DNA of 61,950 bases from Mageeibacillus sp. UBA1212 (GTDB lineage: Bacteria > Bacillota > Clostridia > UBA1212), in NCBI GenBank assembly GCA_002309655.1, contig DBXM01000028.1, forward strand, positions 1 to 61,950. The letters run 5' to 3'. Shown one piece after another: positions 18,430 through 28,307 of the stretch. A program made the position numbers and the translations under genes. Under the pieces are notes generated by a model, which was not told the origin of the DNA, made no database searches, and saw nothing but the letters and a program-made list of their open reading frames with translations. Positions within the stretch are counted from its first letter, which is position 1, and each line of letters opens with the position of its first letter.

Positions 18430-18864
18430 TCATTTGATGTCCACGTCCTCCTCGCTCACGAGGGTGACGCCGATTCTGTTCAAAGTCGCAAGACCTTTTT
18501 CGTTGTCGTTGACGCGGATTATAACGCGCGCGTTGACGCCCTGCCTGCCCACGAAGGCGTAAATGTACTCCACCGAGATTCCGTCGTCCTCGAAGGCGCT
18601 GAGCACCTTTGCCAGCGAACCGGGCGCATTCGGGACCTCGATCGCCAGAACCGTGTTGATCTTCGTGACGAAATTGGCCTCTTTCAGAACTCTGACGGCC
18701 TTCTCGTTGTCGTCCGTGATCATTCTGAGCGCTCCGTACGACTCGGTGTCGGCAATGGAGAGCGCCCTGATATCAATATTGTTTTCCGCAAGCAACGACG
18801 TAACGTCGGCAATTCTGCCCCTTTTGTTCGCCAGGAAAACCGAAATCTGCTTAATACCGGCCAT
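18430..18864 (-). CDS. Double-ACT domain protein
   Basis: QISVFL.NK.GR, NIRALSIADT, VEYIYAF; typical paaK neighbour. Confidence 0.88.
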   Translation of the reverse strand: MAGIKQISVFLANKRGRIADVTSLLAENNIDIRALSIADTESYGALRMITDDNEKAVRVLKEANFVTKINTVLAIEVPNAPGSLAKVLSAFEDDGISVEYIYAFVGRQGVNARVIIRVNDNEKGLATLNRIGVTLVSEEDVDIK

Positions 18865-18914
18865 GTTTGTCTCCTTTCATTTTCCTCTAAAAACAGGTAA
18901 ATTCCAATACATTA

Positions 18915-19123
18915 AGGGAATGCTGATTTAATAGCTATTTTTGCGTGCGCGACCCCGAAGCTGTATGAAGATACTGCGAGCGGGGAGCTCGCGCAAAGCA
19001 AGCGGCCAGCAATTGTCGAAGGACACCTTATTTTACGAATCGGTCGAAACAGACGAACTGCGTTCAAATACGCTCATATGTCTCTTCGCCGCTTGCGTAA
19101 AGAGCATTAAAGCAGCGTTCCCT
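18915..19123. repeat. Structured palindromic repeat, copy 1
   Basis: 18-bp terminal inverted arms (16/18); near-identical to 54271-54492. Confidence 0.9.
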
Positions 19124-20423
19124 ATATCTTTCTCGAGTCTATCACGTGCTTCGCCTTGCCCTCGAATCTCGGCAACGAGCCGGGCTCCGTGAGCTTGACC
19201 TTGACGTTGAGACCCAGAATACTGTTCAGCCTCGCCTTGATTCGCGTCTCGAGGTTGTTGATCTCACTGATCTTGTCGCTGAAGAACGCCTCGGTCATCT
19301 CAACCTGCACCTCCATGGTGTCGTGGTTGTCCACCCTGTCGACGTAAATCATGTAGTAAGGCGCGGTGCCGCCGAATTCGATGAGAACGGTCTCCACCTG
19401 GGACGGGAATACGTTCACGCCGCGGATGATCAGCATATCGTCGGAGCGTCCGGAAGGCTTCTCGATTCTCGCGGTGGTTCTGCCGCACTCGCACTTCTCG
19501 TAGTTCAGTCTTGAAATGTCGCGGGTCCTGTAGCGGATCAGCGGGAAGCCCTGCTTGGTCAGCGTCGTGAACACCAGCTCGCCAGGCTCTCCCGGAGGCA
19601 CCGGCACGCCCGTTTCGGGGTCGATGACCTCCACAATGAAGTGGTCCTCCTGCACGTGCATTCCCTTCCTTCTGTCGCACTCGCAGGCGACGCCGGGTCC
19701 CATGACCTCGCTCAGACCGTAAATGTCGCAGGCCTTGATTCCCAGTTTTTCCTCAAGGCTCGCGCGCATTGCCTCGCTCCAGGGTTCCGCGCCGAAAACG
19801 CCTACTTTTAGGGAAATCTCTTCAGGCGACAAGCCCTTTTTCGCCAGCTCCTCGGCAAGGAAGAGCGCGTAGGAAGGCGTGCAGCAGATTGCGTCGGGCT
19901 TGAAATCTTCTATAAGTGTGACCTGCCTGGCGGTGTTGCCCGAGGATGCCGGAACGACCGCAGCGCCCAGTTTTTCGGCTCCGTTGTGGATGCCCAGTCC
20001 GCCCGTGAACAACCCGTAGCCGTATGCGATGTGGATAATGGATTTGCTTGTGATTCCGCAGCTCACCAGTCCCCTCGCGACGCACTCCGCCCAAGTGTCG
20101 AGATCCCGCGCCGTGTAGCCGACTACTGTCTGCTTGCCGGTGGTTCCCGAGGAGGCATGAATGCGGTTGATCTCCGAAAGCGGCACCGCGAACATGCCGA
20201 ACGGGTACGAGTCGCGCAAATCCGTCTTGAGCGTAAACGGCAGCTTCGTGATGTCGTCCACGGTGCGGATGTCGCCGGGCTCGAGGCCTATGTCCTCCAT
20301 CTTCTTCCTGTAGAGGGGGACGTTGTTGTACATTCTGTCGACCAGCTTTTCAAGCCTTCTCGACTGGAGCACACGCAGCTCGTCGCGGGGCATGCACTCG
20401 AAATGTTCATTCCAGTAATTCAT
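19122..20423 (-). CDS. paaK: Phenylacetate-CoA ligase
   Basis: HASSGTTG, YGYGLFTGGLG, DIYGLSEVMGPG, GRSDDMLIIRGVNVFPSQ. Confidence 0.95.
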   Translation of the reverse strand: MNYWNEHFECMPRDELRVLQSRRLEKLVDRMYNNVPLYRKKMEDIGLEPGDIRTVDDITKLPFTLKTDLRDSYPFGMFAVPLSEINRIHASSGTTGKQTVVGYTARDLDTWAECVARGLVSCGITSKSIIHIAYGYGLFTGGLGIHNGAEKLGAAVVPASSGNTARQVTLIEDFKPDAICCTPSYALFLAEELAKKGLSPEEISLKVGVFGAEPWSEAMRASLEEKLGIKACDIYGLSEVMGPGVACECDRRKGMHVQEDHFIVEVIDPETGVPVPPGEPGELVFTTLTKQGFPLIRYRTRDISRLNYEKCECGRTTARIEKPSGRSDDMLIIRGVNVFPSQVETVLIEFGGTAPYYMIYVDRVDNHDTMEVQVEMTEAFFSDKISEINNLETRIKARLNSILGLNVKVKLTEPGSLPRFEGKAKHVIDSRKI

Positions 20424-20444
20424 AATTCACCAAATTCAAACAAG

Positions 20445-21032
20445 TCATATCTCTATGGAGGCGCCCGCAGCGAACGCTCTCTCGTTCATTTCAAGGAATT
20501 TCGGAGCGACGGTCATTTTCAGAGCCTTGCTCCAGATCTCCGGCTCGATGTCCGTTATCATGCGGGAAAGCACGCCGCACAGAATGATATTCACCGTCTT
20601 CACGGAGCCCTGCTCCTCCGCAGCCTTGAGCGCGTCGAAGTGGATTACCTTCGCGTCCGACGTCTCCAGCGCCTTGATTACGTTGTCCGGGTAGACCGCG
20701 TCGCCGAGCACCACGCTCATCGGCTCGATCTTCTGCTCGGATGTGATCACCGTGCCGCCCTTCTTAAGGTAAGGAAGCCACCTGACCGCCTCGACCTGCT
20801 CGAACGAGAGCATCACGTCGGCCTCACCCAGATCGATCACCGGCGAAAACACCTCGTCTCCCATTTTTACGCAGGTCACGACGCTGCCGCCTCTTTGCGA
20901 CATTCCGTGCACCTCGGAGACCTTCACGTCCCTTCCGGCCAGCCTCGCCGCCATACCGATAAACTTCGAAGCTAAAAGCGTTCCCTGTCCGCCTACGCCG
21001 ACTATCAGAATGTTAAGTTTCTTACTTTCCAT
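20445..21032 (-). CDS. iorB: Indolepyruvate:ferredoxin oxidoreductase beta subunit
   Basis: GVGGQG, SEVHGMSQRGGSV. Confidence 0.95.
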   Translation of the reverse strand: MESKKLNILIVGVGGQGTLLASKFIGMAARLAGRDVKVSEVHGMSQRGGSVVTCVKMGDEVFSPVIDLGEADVMLSFEQVEAVRWLPYLKKGGTVITSEQKIEPMSVVLGDAVYPDNVIKALETSDAKVIHFDALKAAEEQGSVKTVNIILCGVLSRMITDIEPEIWSKALKMTVAPKFLEMNERAFAAGASIEI

Positions 21033-21047
21033 TTTCACACCTCCGGC

Positions 21048-22829
21048 TTATTTCCCGATCGCGCCCTTGGGGCACATTCCGAAGCAGAGACCGCATCCCA
21101 CGCACTGGGACGAGTCGATAACGACGCTCGAGTCGCTCTTCCTGTTGATCGCGGGGCAGCCCAGCCTCATGCAGGAACCGCATTTAATGCACTTTTCGGG
21201 GTCAATGTGCGCGGGGCCGCCGTAGTTCACATACTTAAGCAGCGCGCAGGGCCTCTGTGCAATGATAACGCTCGGGTTGTCCCGTGAAACCGCGCCTGTG
21301 ATCGCCTCGCGGAGCGCCTTCATGTCGAAGGGGTCGACAACCGTGACGTCGTCGATTCCGATCGCATTCGCGAGCTTGACCAGGTCCGTGGCCACCGTTT
21401 TTTCGTTTCTGATCGTGAAGCCCATTGCGGGGTTCTGCTGGTGGCCGGTCATTCCGGTGATCGAGTTGTCGAGAATGATAGTCGTCGAATTTCCCTTGTT
21501 ATAGGCAACATCTATAAGCGAGGTGATGCCGGAGTGAATGAACGTGGAGTCGCCAATCACCGCAACGGTCTTGAGATTGTCCGCTTCGCTGTCGATTGCC
21601 GCCGCTTTCGCCATGCCGTGGGCCATACTGACCGAAGCACCCATGCAGACCACCGTGTCGATGCCGAAATAAGGCGCCTGGGCACCCATCGAGTAGCAGC
21701 CGATGTCGCCGCAAACCCTGAGCTTGAGCTTCGAGAGCACGTAGAACACCGCCCTGTGGGGGCAGCCCGCGCAGAATACCGGAGGTCTCGCAGGGACCTT
21801 CACATCTTCGCCGGTCGTCGCGCTCGCGGGTTCCTCGCCGAAGTACGACTTTCTGATTGCCGCGGTGCCGAGCTCTCCCCTGTTCGTGAAAAATTTCTTT
21901 CCCTCCACCTTAAGGCCGAGCATTCTGACGTAGTTCTCGATGAAGGGCTCCAGCTCCTCGATAACGATCAGCTCGCCGACGTTTTCCGCAAATTCCCGGA
22001 TCAGCTTTTCGGGAAGCGGGTACGTCAGACCAAGCTTCAGGAACGACGCATCCGGAAACACTTCGCGGGCGTACTGGTAGCAGATGCCGGAGGTGATAAT
22101 GCCTATTTTTGAGCGGCTGTCCTCCGTGTAGCGGACAACGTTCGGGATTTTTATATCCCCTTCAAATTCACCGGCGGAGAGCTTCGCGAGCCGCTCCTGC
22201 CTCTCGTCGACGACCACGTGGCGCTTTTTGGCCATCGCGGGCATCATCGCGTACTTCCAGACGTCTTTTTGGTACTTTTTGACGACGTGAATGCGGTCGG
22301 AAAGCGTAACGAGGCTCCTCTGGTGGGCGACTCTCGTGGTCAGCCTCAGAATGACCGGCGTGTCGAACGCTTCGCTAATCTCAAACGCCAGCTTCGTGAA
22401 CGCGACGCACTCGGCGCTGTCCGACGGCTCCAACACGGGAACGTGGGCGGACGCTGCGTGAAAGCGCGTGTCCTGTTCGTTCTGGGAGCTGAACATTCCC
22501 GGGTCGTCCGCGACGACGAAAACGATTCCCGCGTTCACGCCCGTGTACGAGCACGTAAACAGCGGGTCCGCGGCCACATTGAGTCCTACGTGCTTCATGC
22601 AGCACATGGACCGTACGCCCGCAATCGCGCTTCCTATCGCCACCTCAGCGGCCACCTTCTCGTTCGGCGCCCACTCGCAATAAACTTCATCGGCGCCGAA
22701 CTTCGCAATCGTCTCAGTGATTTCCGTGCTGGGCGTGCCCGGGTAGCTGGCCACAACTCCGACCCCCGCCTCATACGCGCCTCTCGCAACGGCCTCGTTT
22801 CCGAGCAGTAATTCCTTCATTTTTTCCAT
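21048..22829 (-). CDS. iorA: Indolepyruvate:ferredoxin oxidoreductase alpha subunit
   Basis: GNEAVARG, YPGTPSTEI, KHVGLNVAADP, GDSTF, two C-terminal 4Fe-4S motifs. Confidence 0.96.
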   Translation of the reverse strand: MEKMKELLLGNEAVARGAYEAGVGVVASYPGTPSTEITETIAKFGADEVYCEWAPNEKVAAEVAIGSAIAGVRSMCCMKHVGLNVAADPLFTCSYTGVNAGIVFVVADDPGMFSSQNEQDTRFHAASAHVPVLEPSDSAECVAFTKLAFEISEAFDTPVILRLTTRVAHQRSLVTLSDRIHVVKKYQKDVWKYAMMPAMAKKRHVVVDERQERLAKLSAGEFEGDIKIPNVVRYTEDSRSKIGIITSGICYQYAREVFPDASFLKLGLTYPLPEKLIREFAENVGELIVIEELEPFIENYVRMLGLKVEGKKFFTNRGELGTAAIRKSYFGEEPASATTGEDVKVPARPPVFCAGCPHRAVFYVLSKLKLRVCGDIGCYSMGAQAPYFGIDTVVCMGASVSMAHGMAKAAAIDSEADNLKTVAVIGDSTFIHSGITSLIDVAYNKGNSTTIILDNSITGMTGHQQNPAMGFTIRNEKTVATDLVKLANAIGIDDVTVVDPFDMKALREAITGAVSRDNPSVIIAQRPCALLKYVNYGGPAHIDPEKCIKCGSCMRLGCPAINRKSDSSVVIDSSQCVGCGLCFGMCPKGAIGK

Positions 22830-22873
22830 GTTAATTCTCCGGTATAAAAACTTTTACTCTTAAAAGAACCGTT

Positions 22874-24340
22874 TCACATCGATTCGTCCTCAACGGACGG
22901 CTCTTCGTCTATGATTTCTTCAATGTACTCAGACTTGTCAGCATCAGACTGCCCGGCGGTCGTTCCCGCCTCTGTAGGCGTTTCCGCCGTTCCGGCCTGT
23001 TCGTCAACAATTTCGCCTACTTTTAAGTCAACTTGAGCGCCCTCACTCAGATTCTTCCGCGCCTCTTTTCGCGCCGCGATTCCCGCCGCCGCCTTGTCAT
23101 AAGCCTTCATTATAAGCTTGTGAAGCGGCTTCTCCCAGAGGTAGGTAATGAGCGTCGCCAGAAGAATCGAGACGATCCATATAACGGCCGTGTACTTCCA
23201 CTGCCACGCTCTTCCCGCGTCCTTCTGGGGCATTCCCGACTCGCTGACGTAGTCCGGAATCTTCCACTCTTTCAGTTTCACCGCCACCACCTGGTGCCAA
23301 ATGTAGAGGTTGAAGCTTATTGCCGCCAGGTAGCGCGTCACCTTGTTCGAGAAAATGAACCTGAACCAGTTGAACGAGAAGCTCGCGCCGATGATGAACG
23401 CCACGAACAGCAGCGACAGCCCGAACCTGTTCTGCACCTGCCAGAACTGACCCGTGCCCGACTGCGCCAGGCCGTACTTCACCGTCAGCCTTATAAAATA
23501 GAGCGAGAACAACGCCAGAAACGTGAAGAACAGCCCCGTGAATTTGTTCTGCCTAAGCCTTTTCGCCAGCGCCGCGATGACCAGCGCAGCCATCATTCCG
23601 TTCGCGAAAACGCACAGGAACGTCGGGAACTGGTTTATGTAGAACGACAGGTCGTCCTGCTTTTTGACGATCACCGCCAGATAGTAGACCAGCGAGCAGC
23701 CGTTCATGCCCAGCCAGGTCGCGATCGGAGCCTTCGTGAACAGATACGCCAGCAGCGGGAATATCACGTAGAAAGCCATCTCGACCCCCACGGTCCACAG
23801 CACGCCGTTGAATCTCGTGTAAAGGTAGGTCGGCCTCTCCGCCATGTGCGTGAACGTCAGGTGCGAAATGAGGTCCCTCAGGTACCCTTCCTTCGAGCCG
23901 TAGTCCGCAACCCTCACGAAGAACGCCGCGAACACCGCGATGCAAAGGTAGTACGACGGGAATATCCTCGCCACCCTCTTCACGTAAAACTTCCCGACCG
24001 AAGGCAGCTTTCTCCGCTTCGCGCCCTTGAACGCGTCCGCCAGCTCTTCGATACCGTCGGTCATCACGTCCGCGTACGGCAGGAAAAGGCACAGCCCGGT
24101 CAAAAGGATCATCATGTCGACCCAGACGTAGCCGGTGGAGAAGATCCAGTTCATGCCGCAGTCGGCGATACCGATCTTCTGAAGGATGTCGCTCTTGTAA
24201 AGGTTCCAGAGCCACGACTGCTGCCAGAAGTGAAAGCCGCAGACCAGCATCACGGAAAACGCCCTGACGCCGTCCAGCACGCCTATGTGTTTGATATCCG
24301 TTTCGGCTGTCGCGAAGAACGCTTCTCTCAGTTTTTTCAT
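22874..24340 (-). CDS. Acyltransferase family 3 (OafA-like) membrane protein
   Basis: LDGVRA, KRVARIFPSY, WTVGVEMAFY, ISFNLYIWH, WEKP. Confidence 0.9.
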   Translation of the reverse strand: MKKLREAFFATAETDIKHIGVLDGVRAFSVMLVCGFHFWQQSWLWNLYKSDILQKIGIADCGMNWIFSTGYVWVDMMILLTGLCLFLPYADVMTDGIEELADAFKGAKRRKLPSVGKFYVKRVARIFPSYYLCIAVFAAFFVRVADYGSKEGYLRDLISHLTFTHMAERPTYLYTRFNGVLWTVGVEMAFYVIFPLLAYLFTKAPIATWLGMNGCSLVYYLAVIVKKQDDLSFYINQFPTFLCVFANGMMAALVIAALAKRLRQNKFTGLFFTFLALFSLYFIRLTVKYGLAQSGTGQFWQVQNRFGLSLLFVAFIIGASFSFNWFRFIFSNKVTRYLAAISFNLYIWHQVVAVKLKEWKIPDYVSESGMPQKDAGRAWQWKYTAVIWIVSILLATLITYLWEKPLHKLIMKAYDKAAAGIAARKEARKNLSEGAQVDLKVGEIVDEQAGTAETPTEAGTTAGQSDADKSEYIEEIIDEEPSVEDESM

Positions 24341-24407
24341 TTTCCGGGCCTTTCGTGAATGTCTGATACTTTCGTAAAATCCGCCTTTGCGGCATCTGTC
24401 CACCGTT

Positions 24408-25118
24408 TTAGAGTGCGAGCACTTTCCGGTGGATTTCTTCCATTTTCCTGTCTATATCTGCAATCTTTTCCGCCTCGGCGAGCATTTCAGCCGAGATCTC
24501 ATCGGGAATCTCGCGGTTTTTCTAGTAGCGCAGGTCGTGCTCGAGACTTGCCCAGACGTCCATCGCGACCGTTCTCAGCTGCACTTCGCAGATGACGTTC
24601 TCGGTGTGGTCGGACATGTAGATTGGCACGCTGACGTCGAGGTGAAGGCTTCTGTAGCCGTTGTAGTTCGGCTCCTTGATGTAGTCCTGCCTGCTGATGA
24701 GCGTGACGTCCTTCTGCTGCAAGAACATATCGGAAACCGCGTAGACATCGTCAATGTAGCAGCACACCACCCTGACGCCCGCGATGTCGTTGATATTCCT
24801 CTTCGCCGACGCGACGCTCAGTTCTGCGCCCTTCCGCAGCAGCTTGCCGGCGATGCTTTTGACGCTCTTGAGCCTGCCCTCGATGTGGTGAATGGGATTC
24901 CGCTCGTATTTCAGGTTGAACTCCTCGTTGAGGATCTCGAACCGCATCTGAAGAAGTCTTATCGCGGAATTGTACACGTGCTGGAGTTCGCGAATCTCCT
25001 CGCTGTGGGCCAGAAGCATATTCTCGGCCTCCTCCAGCCTGCTTTCCGCGTCGTATGTTTTTTCGTTTTTCCTGTAAATGCCTGCGGCGGAAAACGAATC
25101 TGTTTTAGAGTCTTGCAT
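24408..25118 (-). pseudogene. Small alarmone synthetase (RelA_SpoT domain, YwaC/YjbM-like) with in-frame TAG at 24522-24524
   Basis: RLKS..SI..K, DIAGVRVV, GYRSLH, EVQLRT..MD.WASLEH; the frame continues 37 codons after TAG to TAA at 24408. Confidence 0.85.
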
Positions 25119-25401
25119 GGCGTCTCCTCGAAGCTATGATATACACTTTTATTATACACCCAAACGCGGGGTTATTTCAAGAAAACGCACGGCTTTTTCA
25201 CGTTTTTTCCGGTGTTTTTTGTCGCCGCGTCTCGCCTTCGGGAACGGTTAAGCAAGATTTCCCGCCTGAAATTTTCATTTTGCGAAACGGCTGTTTCCGG
25301 CGTTCGATGTTGCCGCGGGAAGGCGGTTGTGATATAATAAATACACAGACAGAACCGGCGCTGCGATAATGCGCGTTTGCGGTTCGTTCAAGGAGGTTGT
25401 T

Positions 25402-25776
25402 ATGGGCAAAAAAGGAAGCGGAAAACGCACGTGGTTCATTCCCGACGCGTTCTTTCCCGAAAAAGACAACGGCGACTACGTGAGCCATGAGGCGGTCTGC
25501 GTTCTCAACACCGGCGACGTCGACGCGGAAATCAAAATCACTCTTTATTATGAAGACCGTGAACCCGAGGGCGGTTTTTCGGCGGTCTGCGGCGCAAGGC
25601 GCACCAACCACATTAGAATGGACAAGATCGTCGGCGAAGGCGGCAAGAAGGTCCGCCGCGGCGTTCCCTACGCGATGCTCATCGAGAGCAACGTTCCGAT
25701 CGTCTGCCAGTACTCAAGGTGCGACACGACTCAGAGCGAGCTCAGTTTCATGGGCCTGCTGGCGTACGGCGGCTGA
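25402..25776 (+). CDS. Sensory rhodopsin transducer (ASRT) family protein
   Basis: W.IPDA, SHEAVCVLN, YEDREP, ARRT.HIR, ESNVPIVCQYSR.DT. Confidence 0.85.
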   Translation: MGKKGSGKRTWFIPDAFFPEKDNGDYVSHEAVCVLNTGDVDAEIKITLYYEDREPEGGFSAVCGARRTNHIRMDKIVGEGGKKVRRGVPYAMLIESNVPIVCQYSRCDTTQSELSFMGLLAYGG

Positions 25777-25820
25777 CGTCGCGAGTTATTTCCCGGAAAT
25801 TCTATTATTTGAGGCGTTTT

Positions 25821-26348
25821 ATGTACGAAAATCAGGACCAGGAACTTCAAAACAAAATAATCGCGCTCTACGTGCTCGGCTGTCTTGACATTCCGGTGAC
25901 GGACCAGTCCCTCAACGAACTGATCCTCTCAACGGGCCTTGTCAACTATTTCAGCTTCAGAGACGCGCTCGGTGAACTTGTCAAAAACGGAAGCGTTGCG
26001 CCCTTCGCCGACAACGACGGCTACGCGCTCTACGAGATAACCGACCAGGGCCGCGCCGAACTCGGCACTCTGAAGGAGATGCTCTCCCCCGTGCTCAAGA
26101 ACGCCTACGACGACGTGCTCCGCCGCGAAAAGGACCGCATCGTCCGTGAGACGACCGTCAACGCGTACCCGTTCATCGACATCAACAAGAACCAGAGCGT
26201 CAGGTGCTACATTCGCGAGAAAGGCAACAAGGTGGTCGACATCAGGCTGCCCGTTCCCGACCAGGACACCGCGGACACGATCTGCGAGAACTGGAAGAAG
26301 GACGCGTATTCGATACTGTCGAAAATCATTTTGATAGCCAGCGAGTGA
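25821..26348 (+). CDS. DUF4364-like winged-helix protein
   Basis: NK...LY.L, VNYF, Y.IT..G, VP....A..IC.NWK. Confidence 0.75.
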   Translation: MYENQDQELQNKIIALYVLGCLDIPVTDQSLNELILSTGLVNYFSFRDALGELVKNGSVAPFADNDGYALYEITDQGRAELGTLKEMLSPVLKNAYDDVLRREKDRIVRETTVNAYPFIDINKNQSVRCYIREKGNKVVDIRLPVPDQDTADTICENWKKDAYSILSKIILIASE

Positions 26349-26358
26349 TTAAAAGAAG

Positions 26359-26405
26359 CGGCCTGCCCGGCTTAGGAGAATTTGCCGGGCAGGCCGCCCT
26401 TTTTT
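26359..26405 (+). terminator. Terminator between convergent genes
   Basis: cggcctgcccggc...gccgggcaggccg followed by a T tract. Confidence 0.75.
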
Positions 26406-26898
26406 ATAAGTCAACAGGTTCATCCCTGTGTTTTTTCGTTTCGAAATACTCATCAAGAATATCGGCTGCGGCGCGGATTATCTCCGGGCACGGCCGTTTT
26501 TTGTAATACTCAGGCGTTCGCGGCTCGGGAACCGGGTCGTCTTTCCCGCGGCCGATGCCCAGGAGCTCTCTGCAGACGAGACCGCCGTTGCGCTTCTCGA
26601 ATTCGGCCGCAAGCTGCTGGACGTTCCTGTAGTGGTCCGCTTTGACTTGCCCTTTTTCGGGGCCGGAGTAGCCTTCGACCAGTCCGAGAACAATAAGCAT
26701 CCCGCTGAACGATCCGCACACCTCGCGAAGCCTGCCCATTCCGCCGCCGAACGAGCAGGATATTTTCATCAACTGCTCCTCCGGAACGTCGAGAACGTCG
26801 GCAAACGCCAACACTACGGCCTGCGCGCAGTTGTACCCCTTGTAAAAGTATTCTCTTGCCAGCTCGCCTCTCGAAGCCGGAATTTTCGGTTCTTCCAT
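26404..26898 (-). CDS. C-GCAxxG-C-C family protein
   Basis: GYNCAQAV, FGGGMG...VCG..SG, CRELLG, RPC. Confidence 0.88.
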   Translation of the reverse strand: MEEPKIPASRGELAREYFYKGYNCAQAVVLAFADVLDVPEEQLMKISCSFGGGMGRLREVCGSFSGMLIVLGLVEGYSGPEKGQVKADHYRNVQQLAAEFEKRNGGLVCRELLGIGRGKDDPVPEPRTPEYYKKRPCPEIIRAAADILDEYFETKKHRDEPVDL

Positions 26899-26915
26899 AT
26901 AACACCTCGATAACT

Positions 26916-26942
26916 CAAAATCGGGCCCCTTTCGAGGCCCGG
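26916..26942 (-). terminator. Terminator of 6S RNA
   Basis: CGGGCCTCGAAAGGGGCCCG then ATTTT. Confidence 0.75.
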
Positions 26943-26950
26943 TTTGCTTT

Positions 26951-27149
26951 AAATCTCCGGAGTGCCGCATCAAAATTTTGGCACCCAAAAAGCGCCAAGG
27001 TGGAAACCATCGTTCTTCCGTCTGCAGTCCGCTGTTTGGAAATCCTCTCCGCAGTGCGGTGCGGCCTTGCATGTTGAAGACCTGCCCGGAATCCATAAGA
27101 AATGTGTAGGTCCAAAATATAAGACAGGTATCGCACACCCCAGAAATTA
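26951..27149 (-). ncRNA. ssrS: 6S RNA
   Basis: ~200-nt rod: 5' TCTGGGGTGTGCG pairs with CGGCACTCCGGAGA; TTTTGGACCT pairs with GGGTGCCAAAA; ACAC and CCACCT bubble-flank motifs; has its own promoter and terminator. Confidence 0.8.
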
Positions 27150-27156
27150 CACTATC

Positions 27157-27185
27157 ATTTTAACACTTGAAATTCTCCGTGTAAA
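27157..27185 (-). promoter_or_regulatory. Sigma-A promoter of 6S RNA
   Basis: TTTACA-17nt-TAAAAT with extended TG. Confidence 0.75.
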
Positions 27186-27241
27186 TACACTATTTGAGCA
27201 AATTTCAAGTATTTTCGAAAAAAGCGGCGGCGCCGGGCCTT

Positions 27242-27850
27242 TCAGCCGCCGATCAAACCGGTCACGAATATCTCGATTCCGATCGCAATCAGAATGATTC
27301 CGCCGAGAATCGACGCCTTCCCCGCCAGCTTCGTCCCGAACCGCCTTCCCAAAAACAGTCCGAGAATACAGATCACGAGAGTCACTCCGCCGATGATGAG
27401 GCAGGCCGACAAGGCTTTCAGGAATCCGTACTCCTCGATCGTGAATCCCACCGACAGCGCGTCAATCGAAGTCGCGACGCCCTGAACCATGAGTGTGCCG
27501 GGTTTCAGCACGGCTCCGGTTTCTTCGTTTTCGTCGCCCGCCTTGTTCTTGTTGTCCCGGATTCCCTCGATGAGCATCTTCCCGCCGATAAAAAGCAGCA
27601 GCGCCAGCGCAATCCACGGAATCACCGGCTGGAACGCCTTGAACGCCTCTGCGATCTTCCTGACGCAGAACCAGCCGATTAAAGGCATCAGAAACTGAAA
27701 CGCCGCGAAGGTGACGGGAATTGCTATCCGCATGCCGCGGGACATCTTCGGGGCGTTGAGACCGTTCGCGAGCGACACCGAAAAAGCGTCCATCGCAAGA
27801 CCGACGCCCAGCAGTATACTGTTCACCAAGAAAGCGGCAAGAGTTCCCAT
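27242..27850 (-). CDS. mntP: Manganese efflux pump MntP family
   Basis: GLAMDAFSVS, FQFLMPLIGW, ATSIDALSVG. Confidence 0.92.
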   Translation of the reverse strand: MGTLAAFLVNSILLGVGLAMDAFSVSLANGLNAPKMSRGMRIAIPVTFAAFQFLMPLIGWFCVRKIAEAFKAFQPVIPWIALALLLFIGGKMLIEGIRDNKNKAGDENEETGAVLKPGTLMVQGVATSIDALSVGFTIEEYGFLKALSACLIIGGVTLVICILGLFLGRRFGTKLAGKASILGGIILIAIGIEIFVTGLIGG

Positions 27851-27869
27851 TTTTATCTAAATTTAGCGG

Positions 27870-27978
27870 AAAACAAAAATAGACCGCCGTATTGTTGGCA
27901 CGGCAGTCTGTCACTGTCGGCCGCCCGGATTCATTCACGTAAACACATTCCTGCGAAACCGTGAACGCACGCGGGCGG
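27870..27978 (-). promoter_or_regulatory. Hairpin plus terminator in the mntP leader (candidate attenuator)
   Basis: Stem 27921-27978, then terminator 27881-27909 with a T tract ending ~20 nt before ATG. Confidence 0.45.
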
Positions 27979-27989
27979 AACTCTATCGA

Positions 27990-28181
27990 TCAATCTTCTT
28001 TGTTGAGCAGCGCAAGCACCTTTTTGACGTCCATTCCGTGAACGGCGCAAGCCTCTTCAAGCGTTTCTCTCGCCGCCGAAGGGCAATAAACGCAGTGCAT
28101 GCCGCAAGCCGTGAGGATGTCCGCGGCGTCTTCCTTCATCTGAAGGATGTCACCGATTCTGTCGTCTCTTGTAATCTCCAT
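27990..28181 (-). CDS. DUF1858 domain protein
   Basis: GMHC..CPSA..ETLEEAC.VHG. Confidence 0.9.
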   Translation of the reverse strand: MEITRDDRIGDILQMKEDAADILTACGMHCVYCPSAARETLEEACAVHGMDVKKVLALLNKED

Positions 28182-28307
28182 GATCTCAACCTCCCTGTTC
28201 ACTAAAAGCGGGCCGGCTTGAAATCGGAAGCCGGTCCGCGCATGCGTAATGTTTGCAAATAAAATCTGACCTTCCGGAACTCTCCGGGAACGGCCGGAAA
28301 CAGGCGA

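Noticed and set aside
18430-22829. iorA-iorB-paaK-ACT cluster as a novel pathway
   Set aside because: Well-known arylacid/arylpyruvate interconversion cluster in anaerobes.
24522-24524. Genome-wide TAG reassignment
   Set aside because: TAG ends paaK and traX at normal positions; only one in-frame TAG was seen and no pyl genes are in the window.
26899-27138. 80-aa N-terminal extension of the C-GCAxxG-C-C ORF
   Set aside because: It overlaps 6S RNA and its terminator; the RBS-supported start is at 26898.
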